From the NCBI GenBank assembly GCA_963422735.1, contig OY730476.1, positions 4,448,001-4,512,000 of the forward strand: 64,000 nt of DNA, read 5' to 3'. The stretch is from Candidatus Latescibacterota bacterium (GTDB lineage: Bacteria; Latescibacterota; UBA2968; UBA8231). Below are positions 49,437-59,840 of this stretch, in pieces (the stretch's first letter is position 1; each line of letters starts with the position of its first letter). Below the pieces are notes generated by a model. It had not been told where the DNA came from. It did not search any database and worked only from the letters and a program-made list of their open reading frames with translations. The position numbers and the translations under genes were made by a program.

Positions 49437-51263
49437 ATGTACTGGGGAAGGGGTGCGCTGTGGTGGGTCGCTTGGGCCGGTCTGCTGCCGGCGTGTAAGC
49501 CGGCCGACGCGCCCGTCGTCGCCGAGGTTGGTCCGCACCGGATTGAGGCTGACGAGCTGCGCGCTTACGTCGCGCAGCTTCCAGCCGAAGACCTTGGTCT
49601 GTTGGACGCAGTCCGGCCCCCAGATGCGGCGGTTAGACGCCAATATCTCCAGCTAATCATAGATCGCTATTTGTTGCTGTCGGAGGCCCGCACTCAGGGC
49701 TTGGACAGTACGCAGCTATCCGCAGAAGAGATCCGCACCTATTACCAAGACCAGTATCCAGCCGCCTTGATGGAGGGCGAGCGCGGGGCTTTGTTGGCGA
49801 CCTTGCGAGAACAGCACGGCCACGAGGTGCGCGTCTATCCCAAGCCGCTAAAACGGGCATTGCCGGATTCATTGCTGGCGCGCAAGGCCCAGCAGTGGGG
49901 AGTGCTGTTGAGCCAGCGCGGGGGAACTTTCCTCAAGCAGGGTCGCCACCGCAAGGCCCTCGCCGTGCTGGAAAGAGCAGTCGCGCATGCTCCCGGCCTC
50001 GCGCAGACGCATTTCTACCTAGGTTTGGCCCATGCTCGCTTGGAAGAAAACGAGCAGGCCGCATCTGCGTTTGAACGCGCCGTGGCTCTTGCGCCGGAAG
50101 AGGCAGACTTTCACTACGCATTGGGCACCACCTTGCAGATGCGGCATCAGTACGAGGGCGCGGCGGCCTGTTTTCAGCGGGCTATTGAACGGAGCGCGGA
50201 CCAACCCCACTACCACTTTCGCCTCGGAGAGGTTCGTCGATCTTTAGCTAACTTTGAGGAGGCATTGACCGCGTACGGTGCGGTGCTCGAATTGCAACCC
50301 GACCACGCCGGAGCCTTGTACCGGCGCAGCGACTTGCTGGCTCGCAGTGGCGATTTGGCTGCAGCTGCGGCCGGGTTTAAAAGGGTCTTAGATTTGGCAC
50401 CGGAGAACGCGGCGGCCCTCGTCGATTTGGCCGGCGTCTATACCAAGCAGCAGCGTCATCCTGAAGCGGTCGCGGCCTTGGAACGCGCTCTTGAGTTAAA
50501 TCCGGTAGAGCACAGTATCTATTACCTGTTGAGCTTGGCATACGCGCAGGTGGGGCAGCCGGATCAAGCTGCGGCAGCCGCAGCCGAATTCCAGTCGCTG
50601 AGTGCGGCGGACCGCCACTACAAGGAGGGGCTACGCAATGCCAATCGCGGCTCTTGGGATCGCGCCGTTGACCTGCTAGTCCGTGCCGTGGCGGCTGATT
50701 CCTCCCACGTGCTAGCGCATATTCGCTTGGGCATGGTCTATCTGTATCAAGACGCGCCCACGCAAGGCATCTCGGTCCTCAAACGCGCGCTCGTGCTGGC
50801 TCCGGGCCATCTGGAGGTTCACTGCCTGTTAGGCGAGGCATACGCAGCTAGCGGCCAGCCGGACTCTGCTCGCCATTTTTTTAACCGAGCGCTTGGTGTG
50901 GATTCTATTTCCGTGCGGGCGCATTGCGGCTCGGCCAAGGTGGCGTACCAAGACGGCGACCCACAGGCCGCGGTGATCGCCAGCCAACGCGCCTTGGCCA
51001 TCGACCCCGATCACCGCGACAGCCACTATTTGCTCGGGTTAGCGCACGTGCAATTGGGGCAGTCGCGCAAGGCTTGGCGCAGCTTTCAGGCGTGTATTGA
51101 GATCGATCCCGGCGATGTGGAAGCTCTTTACAGACAGGGCTTGCTGTTGGTGCGCCACGGCTCGGTGGACGAAGCCCGGCGCGCCTTTGTCAGGATCTTG
51201 CAACGCGATCCCAATCACGTGGAGGCGCGACAACAGTTGGCGCTATTGGAGCGGGAGCAATGA
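49437..51263 (+). CDS. Lipoprotein with a SurA-like chaperone core fused to a TPR array
   Basis: Lipobox LPAC; N-region resembles the N- and C-termini of 34267-35931; roughly a dozen TPRs. Confidence 0.8.
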   Translation: MYWGRGALWWVAWAGLLPACKPADAPVVAEVGPHRIEADELRAYVAQLPAEDLGLLDAVRPPDAAVRRQYLQLIIDRYLLLSEARTQGLDSTQLSAEEIRTYYQDQYPAALMEGERGALLATLREQHGHEVRVYPKPLKRALPDSLLARKAQQWGVLLSQRGGTFLKQGRHRKALAVLERAVAHAPGLAQTHFYLGLAHARLEENEQAASAFERAVALAPEEADFHYALGTTLQMRHQYEGAAACFQRAIERSADQPHYHFRLGEVRRSLANFEEALTAYGAVLELQPDHAGALYRRSDLLARSGDLAAAAAGFKRVLDLAPENAAALVDLAGVYTKQQRHPEAVAALERALELNPVEHSIYYLLSLAYAQVGQPDQAAAAAAEFQSLSAADRHYKEGLRNANRGSWDRAVDLLVRAVAADSSHVLAHIRLGMVYLYQDAPTQGISVLKRALVLAPGHLEVHCLLGEAYAASGQPDSARHFFNRALGVDSISVRAHCGSAKVAYQDGDPQAAVIASQRALAIDPDHRDSHYLLGLAHVQLGQSRKAWRSFQACIEIDPGDVEALYRQGLLLVRHGSVDEARRAFVRILQRDPNHVEARQQLALLEREQ

Positions 51264-51272
51264 ATGGACGCT

Positions 51273-52928
51273 TTAACGGTTTGGTTCTTCCACCACCAAA
51301 AGCTGATTTGCGGTCACATCCTCTAAGTGCTGTGTGCGGCCCGAAGGCCAGTGGATTTCGATTCGCTCGGCTGTGGTGTTCGCGCCTAAGCCGAAGTGGA
51401 CGCGCCCGTCGCTGTGCGAAAGGAAGCTGCCCCCGCTGACCCGCTCGGCGATCTGTTCGACTTCGCCGCTGACCACGGAAATCCGCGCCCCGATGCCATC
51501 GCGATTGGATGCGGTACCGATTAACAGCAGGCTCAGCCAGTTGCGCTGATTACCACCGTCGTTGCGCAGTAGTTGCGGCGGCCCGTCGAGGTTGAAGACC
51601 AAAACATCTACATCGCCATCGTTGTCGTAGTCCCCCTTGGCAGCACCGCGGCTGACGGCGGGGCGGCTCACGTCCCCGGCTGCGACTTCTGCAAAGCGGT
51701 AGGCACCGGCTGGCCCCTGATTGGCGAAAAGCTGGTTGGGTTCGGCGTAACCATCGGGCGCAAGGTGCCGAATTTGGGGATAGACGTGGCCGTTGGCGAC
51801 GAATAGGTCTTGGTCTTGGTCGTTGTCGTAATCGAGGAAACAGGTGCCAAAGGCCAAGTGGGGCAGGCTCGGCTCGGCGAGGCCGGCTTCGGCGCTGGTC
51901 ACAACAAAGGTACCGTCGCTGCGATTGCGGTAGAGAGTATTGTAATCGTCCTCAAAATGGGTCACCAGAAAATCGCCAAACCCGTCGCGGTCATAATCCC
52001 CATAGGCAATGCCCATGCCGGCCTGCGCCAACCCCTCGGTACTGAGGGCCACACCCGCCGCAACGCCAATATCGCGGAAGGTGCCGCCCTCATTGCGGTA
52101 GAGGAAGTTGGGCGCGGAGTCGTTGGCCACGTAGAGATCGGGGTCGCCGTCTTGGTCGTAGTCGCAAAAAAGGGCGCCGAGTCCGTAGGTCGGCTCTGCT
52201 TGTTCGACATGGGCTTGGCGGGTGACATTGCGAAAGGTGCCATCGCCTTCGTTGCGGTAGAGGGCGTCTTGTGCGCCGGGGAGGCCGAGCGGCCCGGCGA
52301 ACACGAGAACTCCCTTCCACATTCCGCCCCGAGGCGGCACACGCTCGGGCGCGAAGTGTAGGTACTGGGCTACGTACAGATCAAGGTCGCCATCCCCGTC
52401 GTAGTCGCCGAAGCTAGCACCCGTGCTCCAGCCCGCCAGATTGACGCCGGCGACCTGGCCGACATCGTGGAATCGGCTATTGCCCTCGTTCCGGTAGAAG
52501 ATGTTGGGGCCGTAATTGGTCACATATAGATCGAGGTCGCCGTCTTGGTCGTAGTCGGCCGCCGCGCAGCCCATGCCCCAACCCGCATCGCCGACCCCGG
52601 CCGTGCGGGTATAGTTTTCGAAGGTGCCATCGCCCATGTTGCGGTAGAGGGCGTTGGTCGGGGCCGCGGCCGAGTCGGGATAGCCTTCCAGCCGCGAGCC
52701 GTTGACCAAGTAGATGTCGAGCCAGCCATCCCCGTTGTAGTCGAGAAATGCGCCACCGCCGCCCTTGGATTCGAGGATGTAGTTTTTGACCCGGCTGCCC
52801 GAGTACATACGGAAATCCAAGCCGTGCGCTGCGGTAACGTCGGTGAAGCGCACAGAGGTGAGGTCTGGTGTGGGGACGCAGGCTGCCAAGGCCAGCAGGG
52901 CGCAGTAGGCGCAAGTGCTAGGGCGCAT
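51273..52928 (-). CDS. CRTAC1 family (FG-GAP repeats + ASPIC/UnbV) lipoprotein
   Basis: Repeated DYD.DGD.DL motifs; SNRDGIGARI, VHFGLG and WPSG. Confidence 0.92.
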   Translation of the reverse strand: MRPSTCAYCALLALAACVPTPDLTSVRFTDVTAAHGLDFRMYSGSRVKNYILESKGGGGAFLDYNGDGWLDIYLVNGSRLEGYPDSAAAPTNALYRNMGDGTFENYTRTAGVGDAGWGMGCAAADYDQDGDLDLYVTNYGPNIFYRNEGNSRFHDVGQVAGVNLAGWSTGASFGDYDGDGDLDLYVAQYLHFAPERVPPRGGMWKGVLVFAGPLGLPGAQDALYRNEGDGTFRNVTRQAHVEQAEPTYGLGALFCDYDQDGDPDLYVANDSAPNFLYRNEGGTFRDIGVAAGVALSTEGLAQAGMGIAYGDYDRDGFGDFLVTHFEDDYNTLYRNRSDGTFVVTSAEAGLAEPSLPHLAFGTCFLDYDNDQDQDLFVANGHVYPQIRHLAPDGYAEPNQLFANQGPAGAYRFAEVAAGDVSRPAVSRGAAKGDYDNDGDVDVLVFNLDGPPQLLRNDGGNQRNWLSLLLIGTASNRDGIGARISVVSGEVEQIAERVSGGSFLSHSDGRVHFGLGANTTAERIEIHWPSGRTQHLEDVTANQLLVVEEPNR

Positions 52929-53694
52929 GGGAACGGGCGCAGCGGAAGCCGATATAGGGGCTGCGTTCTACGGGCAAAACCTCAAAGCGGTTGATGCTGC
53001 GCAGCACCGGTTTTGGGTTGATCCACGAGCCGCCGCGCAGGACCTTGAAGCGGCCGGCCTCAGCTCCTTGCGGGTCTTTGTTCGGAGCCATGGCGTAGTA
53101 GTTCGCGTTGTACCAATCGGCACACCATTCCCAGACGTTGCCGGCCATGTCGAGCGCACCGTACGGGCTGGCTCCTGCTGGAAAGGAGCCGACTGGTGCT
53201 AGCCCGGCATAGCCGTCTTCCGGTCCCCAGAGATTGGCGCGGCCCACCGCAAAAGCCGCGCCCCAAGGCCAGAGCCGGCCGTCGCTGCCGCGCGCGCTTT
53301 TTTCCCACTCGGCTTCGGTGGGAAGCCGTCCGCCGCGCCAAGCGCAATACGCTTGGGCGTCTTGCCAGCTAACATAGACGACCGGATGGCTTGGATCGAC
53401 TGCTGCGCCGGGGCCGTGGGGCTGACGCCAGCTAAGGTCGTCGGCCTTTTCAGCCCCGAATTTTTCTGCCTCCGTCTGGTAGCCTGTGGCCGCGACAAAG
53501 GCGGCGAAGCGGGCATTGGTGACCTCGTAGCGGTCGATAGAAAAGGTGCTCAGATAGACTTGGCGGCTGGGTTTTTCGTCGGTGGCTCGCGGGTGATCGA
53601 TGCCCATGGTGAAGGGACCGGCTGGCACGACGACCTCGTCGGCAGCAACAGGTGCCGCCAGTAGCAGGGCCGATAGGATGCGCGAAATCCGCAT
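52918..53694 (-). CDS. Formylglycine-generating enzyme family (SUMF1/FGE-sulfatase domain)
   Basis: RLPTEAEWEK, DMAGNVWEW, RGGSW and GFRC; lacks the catalytic CxxxxC. Confidence 0.92.
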   Translation of the reverse strand: MRISRILSALLLAAPVAADEVVVPAGPFTMGIDHPRATDEKPSRQVYLSTFSIDRYEVTNARFAAFVAATGYQTEAEKFGAEKADDLSWRQPHGPGAAVDPSHPVVYVSWQDAQAYCAWRGGRLPTEAEWEKSARGSDGRLWPWGAAFAVGRANLWGPEDGYAGLAPVGSFPAGASPYGALDMAGNVWEWCADWYNANYYAMAPNKDPQGAEAGRFKVLRGGSWINPKPVLRSINRFEVLPVERSPYIGFRCARSHAP

Positions 53695-53712
53695 ACGCGG
53701 CTGAGGGTGTGG

Positions 53713-55386
53713 CTAGCCCTTCTGTATCCGCGCCCAAGTATCGCGCAAGGTGACGGTGCGGTTGAAGACGGGTGCTTCCGGCGCGTGGTCTTCGCGGTCG
53801 GCGCAGAAGTAGCCGAGCCGCTCAAACTGGCAGGAGTCCCCCGGGGCCATGTCGGCGAGGGATGGCTCTAGATAGCAAGGGTTGAGGATTTTGAGCGAAT
53901 CCGGGTTGAGGTTGTCCAGCCAAGTGCCTTCAGGCGGGGCTTCGAGCGGTTTTTCGACCTTGAAGAGCCGGTCGTAGAGCCGCACCTCGGCTGGAACCGC
54001 GTGGGGAGCTGAGACCCAATGCAGGGTGGCCTTGACCTTGCGGCCATCGGGTGCATTGCCGCCGCGAGTGGCCGGGTCGTACGTGCAGCGCAGCTCGACG
54101 ACCGCGCCATTGTCGTCTTTGATGACCTCAGTACAGGTGATGAAATAGGCGTAGCGCAGCCGGATTTCGCGGCCCGGGGCGAGGCGAAAGAACTTGCGCG
54201 GCGGGTCTTCCATAAAATCCTCGCGCTCGATGTAGAGGTGCCGCGAAAAAGGGATGGAGCGGGTGCCGGCGCTTTCGTCTTCCGGATTGTTGATAGCCGT
54301 TAGCATCTCGCTTTGCCCCTTCGGGTAGTTTTCAATGACGACTTTGAGCGGATTGAGCACGGCCATGCGCCGGGGCGCGGTCTTGTTGAGCTGGTCGCGG
54401 ATGCAGTATTCGAGGAGGGAGATGTCGATGTTGTTGCCGCGGCGAGCGATGCCGGCTTCGGCCCAGAAGCGGCGGATGGCTTCGGGCGGGCAGCCCAAGC
54501 GGCGCAGGCCGCGCAAGGTGCAGAGCCGAGGGTCGTCCCAGCCGGCCACCAGCTTTTGCTCGATGAGTAGCCGGATGTATCGCTTGGACAGCACGGTGTA
54601 CGCGATGTTGCCGCGGGCAAACTCGATTTGGCGCGAGGGGAAGATGCCGAGCTGTTGGATGAACCAATCGTACAAGGGCCGGTTGTTGATGAATTCGTCC
54701 GAACACAGCGAGTGCGTTACGCCCTCAATGGAGTCGCTCTGGCCATGAGCCCAGTCGTATAGCGGATAGATACACCAAGCGTTGCCGGTGCGGTGGTGGG
54801 TGGTGTGCATGATGCGGTACACGACCGGATCGCGCAGGTTGATATTGGGCGCGGCCATGTCGATTTTGGCGCGCAATACGCGAGCACCATCGGGGAATGC
54901 GCCGTCTTTCATAAGCGCGAAGAGGCGGAGGTTTTCCTCGACGGAGCGGTCGCGGTACGGGCTGTTTTGGCCCGGCTCGGTGAGCGAGCCGCGATTTTCT
55001 CGGATCTCGTCCGCGGTCTGGTCATCCACGTACGCCAAGCCCTTTTCGATGAGCACGACGGCCCATTCGTAGAGCTGGCCAAAGTAATCGGAAGCGTAGT
55101 GCGGCTGCGGCCCCCAATCGTAGCCGAGCCAGCGAATGTCCTCCTGCATGGAGTCCACGTATTCTTGCTCTTCGCGCGTGGGGTTGGTGTCGTCGTAGCG
55201 GAGGTTGCACTGGCCTCCGTAGTCCGCGGCAATGCCAAAGTTGATCCAGATGGCCTTGGCGCTGCCGATGTGCAGGTACGCGTTAGGCTCTGGTGGGAAG
55301 CGGGTAATGACTCTATCGTAGCGGCCGCTTTTGAGGTCGGCGTCGATGGCTTCGCGGATGAAGTCGCGGTTTTTGTCCGTGCTCAT
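53713..55386 (-). CDS. glnS: Glutamine--tRNA ligase
   Basis: [26 protein letters not shown] and QFERLGYF. Confidence 0.95.
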   Translation of the reverse strand: MSTDKNRDFIREAIDADLKSGRYDRVITRFPPEPNAYLHIGSAKAIWINFGIAADYGGQCNLRYDDTNPTREEQEYVDSMQEDIRWLGYDWGPQPHYASDYFGQLYEWAVVLIEKGLAYVDDQTADEIRENRGSLTEPGQNSPYRDRSVEENLRLFALMKDGAFPDGARVLRAKIDMAAPNINLRDPVVYRIMHTTHHRTGNAWCIYPLYDWAHGQSDSIEGVTHSLCSDEFINNRPLYDWFIQQLGIFPSRQIEFARGNIAYTVLSKRYIRLLIEQKLVAGWDDPRLCTLRGLRRLGCPPEAIRRFWAEAGIARRGNNIDISLLEYCIRDQLNKTAPRRMAVLNPLKVVIENYPKGQSEMLTAINNPEDESAGTRSIPFSRHLYIEREDFMEDPPRKFFRLAPGREIRLRYAYFITCTEVIKDDNGAVVELRCTYDPATRGGNAPDGRKVKATLHWVSAPHAVPAEVRLYDRLFKVEKPLEAPPEGTWLDNLNPDSLKILNPCYLEPSLADMAPGDSCQFERLGYFCADREDHAPEAPVFNRTVTLRDTWARIQKG

Positions 55387-55451
55387 GGTTCCTCTGTGGC
55401 TGTTTGCAGCGTAGCAAATAATAGGATAGGGCAAATAGTCTCAGCGGCAAG

Positions 55452-56408
55452 TTACCCGCTCTTGCGCTTCCACCCGCTCGTCTTCCAATGCCCTCCTTGC
55501 CGCTTAAAGCCAGATTCCTTAGGCGGCAGCAAGCTGCGCAGGTGTTGGCCGCCAAAAGCAAAGCCCTCTAGGCCGGGAAAGCCGCGGTCCTCGTTTTCGA
55601 CGCATAGCACGTAGTCGTAGCCCGATTCCCACAGCGCGCCGATGATGGTGCTCCAGTTGATCTGGCCGCGGCCGGGGACGCGGTATTGCCACCACCAGTT
55701 GCCGATGATGCCTTGGCGGTAGAGCATCCGTTGGCTAATCTCGCAGTCCTTGACATCGGCGTAGTACCAATGGCCGGCAAAGTCGCGGATGACATCTTCG
55801 ACCGGTAGGATGTGCATCCACAGCCAGTGCGAAGGGTCGCAGGACAGGCCGAGGTGATCCGAGGGCACGGCGTCGAGAATTTTTTCCCACATCTCTGGGT
55901 TGCAGCCTATTTGGCCCATGCGCACGGCCACGTCGAGTGCGAGCCGGACCTTGCTGTCTGCGGCTGCTTGCACCACAGGCTCGAACATGGCTTGGAAGCG
56001 GTCAACTAGTTCGGCGGAGCGGTCGCTGGGATTGCCGGGTTCCGAGGAGAACATGCCGTAGAACTGGCCGTTGCGCACGGGAGCGCCGCTGCTGGTGACG
56101 ACGACTGGGCAGGAGAGGGCGCGGGCCGACGCAATGGCCTTGAGCAGTTTGGCTTGGGCAGCACGGGCCTGTTCGCGGTCGTCGTCGAGCAGGTTGTGGT
56201 GCGCGGTGAGGGCGGCGAGGTACAGACCGCGCTGGCGCAAGGTCTCCAGCACGGAGTCCGGCCCAACCGATAGAATGTGGTCCGAGTCGAGCGCACCGGA
56301 GTCGTTCAGGCGCACGCAGTCGAAATCGTGCTCCCGCGCCCAACGGGCGCATTCGTCGAGGCTCCAATTGTTCGCACCGCCGGCACGGGTCATAAAACTT
56401 ATATCCAC
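55452..56408 (-). CDS. Sugar phosphate isomerase/epimerase
   Basis: DPSHW.W, DVKD, RVPGRGQINW and VENED. Confidence 0.88.
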   Translation of the reverse strand: MDISFMTRAGGANNWSLDECARWAREHDFDCVRLNDSGALDSDHILSVGPDSVLETLRQRGLYLAALTAHHNLLDDDREQARAAQAKLLKAIASARALSCPVVVTSSGAPVRNGQFYGMFSSEPGNPSDRSAELVDRFQAMFEPVVQAAADSKVRLALDVAVRMGQIGCNPEMWEKILDAVPSDHLGLSCDPSHWLWMHILPVEDVIRDFAGHWYYADVKDCEISQRMLYRQGIIGNWWWQYRVPGRGQINWSTIIGALWESGYDYVLCVENEDRGFPGLEGFAFGGQHLRSLLPPKESGFKRQGGHWKTSGWKRKSG

Positions 56409-56485
56409 GAGCGAATCTCCTCCGCTTGAAATCGCGTGTCTTATGATTAGATTTTTGTACTCACTTCAAAAAAGAAAGCAATCTC

Positions 56486-57712
56486 ATGGTACATCTCAAC
56501 GATCACTACCTCAAGCTCAAAGCCGGGTACCTCTTTCCAGAAATCGCCCGCCGGGTCGATGCATTTGCCGCCGCTCACCCCCAAGCCGATGTGATCCGCT
56601 TGGGGATCGGCGACGTGGTCAAGGGCTTACCGCGGCCGATCGTCGATGCGATGAAAGAGGCCGTCGAGGAAATGGCCCACGACGACACCTTACAGGGCTA
56701 TCCGCCCGATCAAGGCCAGGAATTTTTGCGCGCAGTCATTGCCGAGCACGACTTTGGCGCGTGCGGTGTGCAGATTCACAGCGATGAGATTTTTGTCTCC
56801 GACGGATCCAAATGCGACTCGGGCAATGTGCAAGAAATTTTCGCCGACGATTGCGTAGTCGCGCTGACCGATCCGGTCTATCCAGTGTACTGCGATTCCA
56901 ATGTCATGGCCGGCCGCACCGGCCCAGCCGATGCGAGCGGTTCGTACGCCGGCTTGATCTACATGCCGTGTACGGCCGCCAATGCCTTCATCCCGCACCT
57001 GCCTGCAGGCCATGTCGATCTGATCTACTTGTGCTCGCCTAACAACCCTACGGGCGCGGTGATGACCCGCGACGCTTTGGCCCGCTGGATTGAATACGCC
57101 CGGCGGGAACAGGCCGTCATTCTATTTGACGCAGCCTACGAGAGCTACATCACCGATCCGTCAATCCCGCACTCCATCTACGAGGTCGAAGGCGGTCGGG
57201 AAGTGGCCATCGAGTTCCGCAGTTTTTCCAAGAACGCTGGCTTTACCGGCCTGCGCTGCGGGTACACTGTGGTGCCGAAGGATCTCAAGGGCCGCGCCGC
57301 CTCGGGCGAGGAAGTGGATTTGCATCGGCTGTGGGCACGGCGGCACTCGACCAAGTTCAACGGCGTGGCGTATCCGGTGCAGCGCGCCGCGGCGGCCGCG
57401 TACTCGTCGGCTGGCCAGCAAGGCATCGCCGAGCGCGTTGCGTTCTACATGGAAAATGCCGCGATCATGCGCCAGCAGTTGGGAGCGGCCGGGCTCACCG
57501 TGTACGGGGGCGAACACGCTCCCTATTTGTGGGTGGCCACGCCCGACGGGCAGGACAGTTGGACCTACTTCGACTACTTGCTCGACAAGGCCTACATCGT
57601 CGGTACGCCGGGTGCGGGTTTTGGCGCGGCTGGCGAGGGCTACTTGCGCCTGTCGGCCTTCAATCACCGCGACCGGATCGAAGAGGCCATGGAGCGGATT
57701 AGCCAGATCTAG
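56486..57712 (+). CDS. dapL: LL-diaminopimelate aminotransferase
   Basis: [21 protein letters not shown] and [12 protein letters not shown]. Confidence 0.95.
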   Translation: MVHLNDHYLKLKAGYLFPEIARRVDAFAAAHPQADVIRLGIGDVVKGLPRPIVDAMKEAVEEMAHDDTLQGYPPDQGQEFLRAVIAEHDFGACGVQIHSDEIFVSDGSKCDSGNVQEIFADDCVVALTDPVYPVYCDSNVMAGRTGPADASGSYAGLIYMPCTAANAFIPHLPAGHVDLIYLCSPNNPTGAVMTRDALARWIEYARREQAVILFDAAYESYITDPSIPHSIYEVEGGREVAIEFRSFSKNAGFTGLRCGYTVVPKDLKGRAASGEEVDLHRLWARRHSTKFNGVAYPVQRAAAAAYSSAGQQGIAERVAFYMENAAIMRQQLGAAGLTVYGGEHAPYLWVATPDGQDSWTYFDYLLDKAYIVGTPGAGFGAAGEGYLRLSAFNHRDRIEEAMERISQI

Positions 57713-57784
57713 GTCCGCGTCTCATCTTTCCTTATTGTCGCGGCTGGCTTGCGAAAATTCTGTTAAAAAATGGTTACATATATA

Positions 57785-57843
57785 TTGACGGATCGCCAGC
57801 GATTTATTAGATTACGTAGGTATTAATTAAATTTTATATAAAA
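57785..57843 (+). promoter_or_regulatory. Sigma70 promoter with a downstream AT palindrome (candidate operator)
   Basis: TTGACG-17 nt-TAGATT; palindrome TTTTATATAAAA at 57832-57843. Confidence 0.65.
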
Positions 57844-57856
57844 AATAAATAATCCC

Positions 57857-58066
57857 ATGCCAACCAAAGATCAGAGTCGCCGGGCCAAGGTGCGGACCTT
57901 TTCGGCGCCCGATAGGGATCACGAGATGCTCGACGCGATTGCCCGCTATCACGGCAGCAGCAAGAGTGCCATGATAGCCGGCCTCATTCGCAAGGAGTTT
58001 TGGCGCATTTTTCCCAACGGCACCGAGACCATCCTCCCCGACGAAGGAGCACAAGTCAAGCCATGA
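57857..58066 (+). CDS. Small ribbon-helix-helix (CopG-like) DNA-binding protein
   Basis: VRTFS strand, EMLDAIARYHG and SKSAMIAGLIRKE helices; ATGA overlap with nadA. Confidence 0.75.
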   Translation: MPTKDQSRRAKVRTFSAPDRDHEMLDAIARYHGSSKSAMIAGLIRKEFWRIFPNGTETILPDEGAQVKP

Positions 58067-59049
58067 CCTACTCAGAGACGCTTGCCCCAGCCGCTGGGCA
58101 GTACCACAGCGACCTGCCAGCCGAGGAGATCATCGCCCAGATCGACCGCTTGCGCCGCGAGAAAAACGCGGTCATCCTCGCGCACAACTACCAGATCCCG
58201 CCGATCCAAGACTTGGCCGACTTCACGGGCGATTCGCTCGGGCTATCAGTAGAAGCTGCCAAGGCGGATGCCGAGCGCATCGTTTTTTGCGGCGTGCATT
58301 TCATGGCCGAGTCGGCCAAAATCCTCAGCCCCGACAAGCAGGTGTTCTTGCCCCATTTAGGCGCGGGCTGTTCGCTGGCCGACTCCATCACCCCCGAAAG
58401 CCTCGACGATTGGAAAGCGGACTATCCCGATCACGCGGTGGTGACGTATGTCAACTCCACAGCCGAGGTGAAGGCCGAGTCCGACATCTGCTGCACCTCG
58501 GCCAACGCCGTATCGGTGGTGCGCAGCCTCGATAGCGACAAGATCCTCTTTACGCCTGATCGCAACTTGGGTCGCTGGGTGGCCGAGCAGGTGCCGGAGA
58601 AAGAGGTCGTCGTGTACGACGGCGCTTGCCCAACGCACGATGTGCTGCGCGCCGCCAGCGTCGAGCTCACCCGCACTGAGTTTCCCGAGGCCGTTATCAT
58701 CGCGCATCCAGAATGCCGCGAGGACGTGGTCGAGATAGCACACGAAGTGTGCTCGACCACGGGGATGCTCAAGGCCGTGGAAAAGTACCCCGAGGCCAAG
58801 AGCTTCATCATCGCCACGGAAAACGGCATGTTGCACCAGCTTAGGCAGCGCTTCCCGCACCAAGAGTTCGTAGCGGCCGACGGCTGCATTGGCTGCCGGC
58901 TGCACTGTCCCTACATGAAGATCACCGACCTGCAAGACGTGTACTTTTCGCTGCTCTACGAGCGCTACGAAATCAAGCTAGACGACGAGGTGATTGCCGG
59001 GGCGCGGCGGGCGTTGGAGCGGATGATGGCCGTGCCACGGGACAATTGA
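58063..59049 (+). CDS. nadA: Quinolinate synthase
   Basis: ILAHNYQ, FCGVHFMAE, GCSLAD, YVNS, CPTH, AHPEC and CPYMK. Confidence 0.96.
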   Translation: MTYSETLAPAAGQYHSDLPAEEIIAQIDRLRREKNAVILAHNYQIPPIQDLADFTGDSLGLSVEAAKADAERIVFCGVHFMAESAKILSPDKQVFLPHLGAGCSLADSITPESLDDWKADYPDHAVVTYVNSTAEVKAESDICCTSANAVSVVRSLDSDKILFTPDRNLGRWVAEQVPEKEVVVYDGACPTHDVLRAASVELTRTEFPEAVIIAHPECREDVVEIAHEVCSTTGMLKAVEKYPEAKSFIIATENGMLHQLRQRFPHQEFVAADGCIGCRLHCPYMKITDLQDVYFSLLYERYEIKLDDEVIAGARRALERMMAVPRDN

Positions 59050-59061
59050 GCTTTTTTTGGC

Positions 59062-59840
59062 ATAAAGAAAAGAGCACCGAGGAACAGGACGCTCACTTGT
59101 GACGGCGACGAAATCGAGGCTCTTGCGCACGACTTGCTAGTGCTGACCGAGCCGGCGGCACTGGAGCAAATCGCCGATAGAATTATTCACGGGGATGCCT
59201 TCCGCGTCCTTTCCTTATTGCCTACCTGCTTCGCCGATCTCCTCATTCTCGACCCTCCCTACAATCTCACAAAAAATTACAACGGGCACTTATTTCAAGA
59301 AAAAGAGAAAGGCGCGTACGCCGCTTGGTTTGAGGAGTTGGTCTCGCTCCTCAAGCCGACCTTAAAGCCGGATGCAACCGTTTATGTCTGCGCCGACTGG
59401 AAGACGTCACTGCTGGTTGCCCCCGTTCTCGAAAAGCACTTCTGCGTTCACAATCGGATTATTTGGGAGCGAGAAAAAGGGCGCGGCGCGAAATCGAACT
59501 GGAAAAACGACAGCGAAGACATTTGGTTCTGCACTGTGGGATCGACCTATTACTTTGATGTAGAGGCGGTAAAGCTGAAGCGGAAAGTCATTGCTCCATA
59601 TCGAGTCCGATTTTGGGAAGCGGCACCACGGCGGTGGTAGCGCACAAGCTCGGACGCTCGTTCTGCGAGATTGAATTGAAAGGGGAATACTGCTATTGGA
59701 GCCAAAAGCGATTGAAGCGGACCCTTGCCGATCCAGCGATTCAGGGATATGCCGATGGCGTGTTTTGGGAGCGAAATAGCCTGAACGATCAGCCGCAGCA
59801 ATCGGCCGCTTCTATTGAACAAGAAAAATTACTGTTGTGA
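59062..59840 (+). pseudogene. N4/N6 DNA methyltransferase (beta class), disrupted
   Basis: RAPRNRTL N-terminus preceded by ATA rather than ATG; DPPYN; deletion/frameshift near 59600 before LGSGTT. Confidence 0.85.

Noticed and set aside
52918-53694. True formylglycine-generating enzyme
   Set aside because: No catalytic cysteine pair after RGGSW and no sulfatase in the window.
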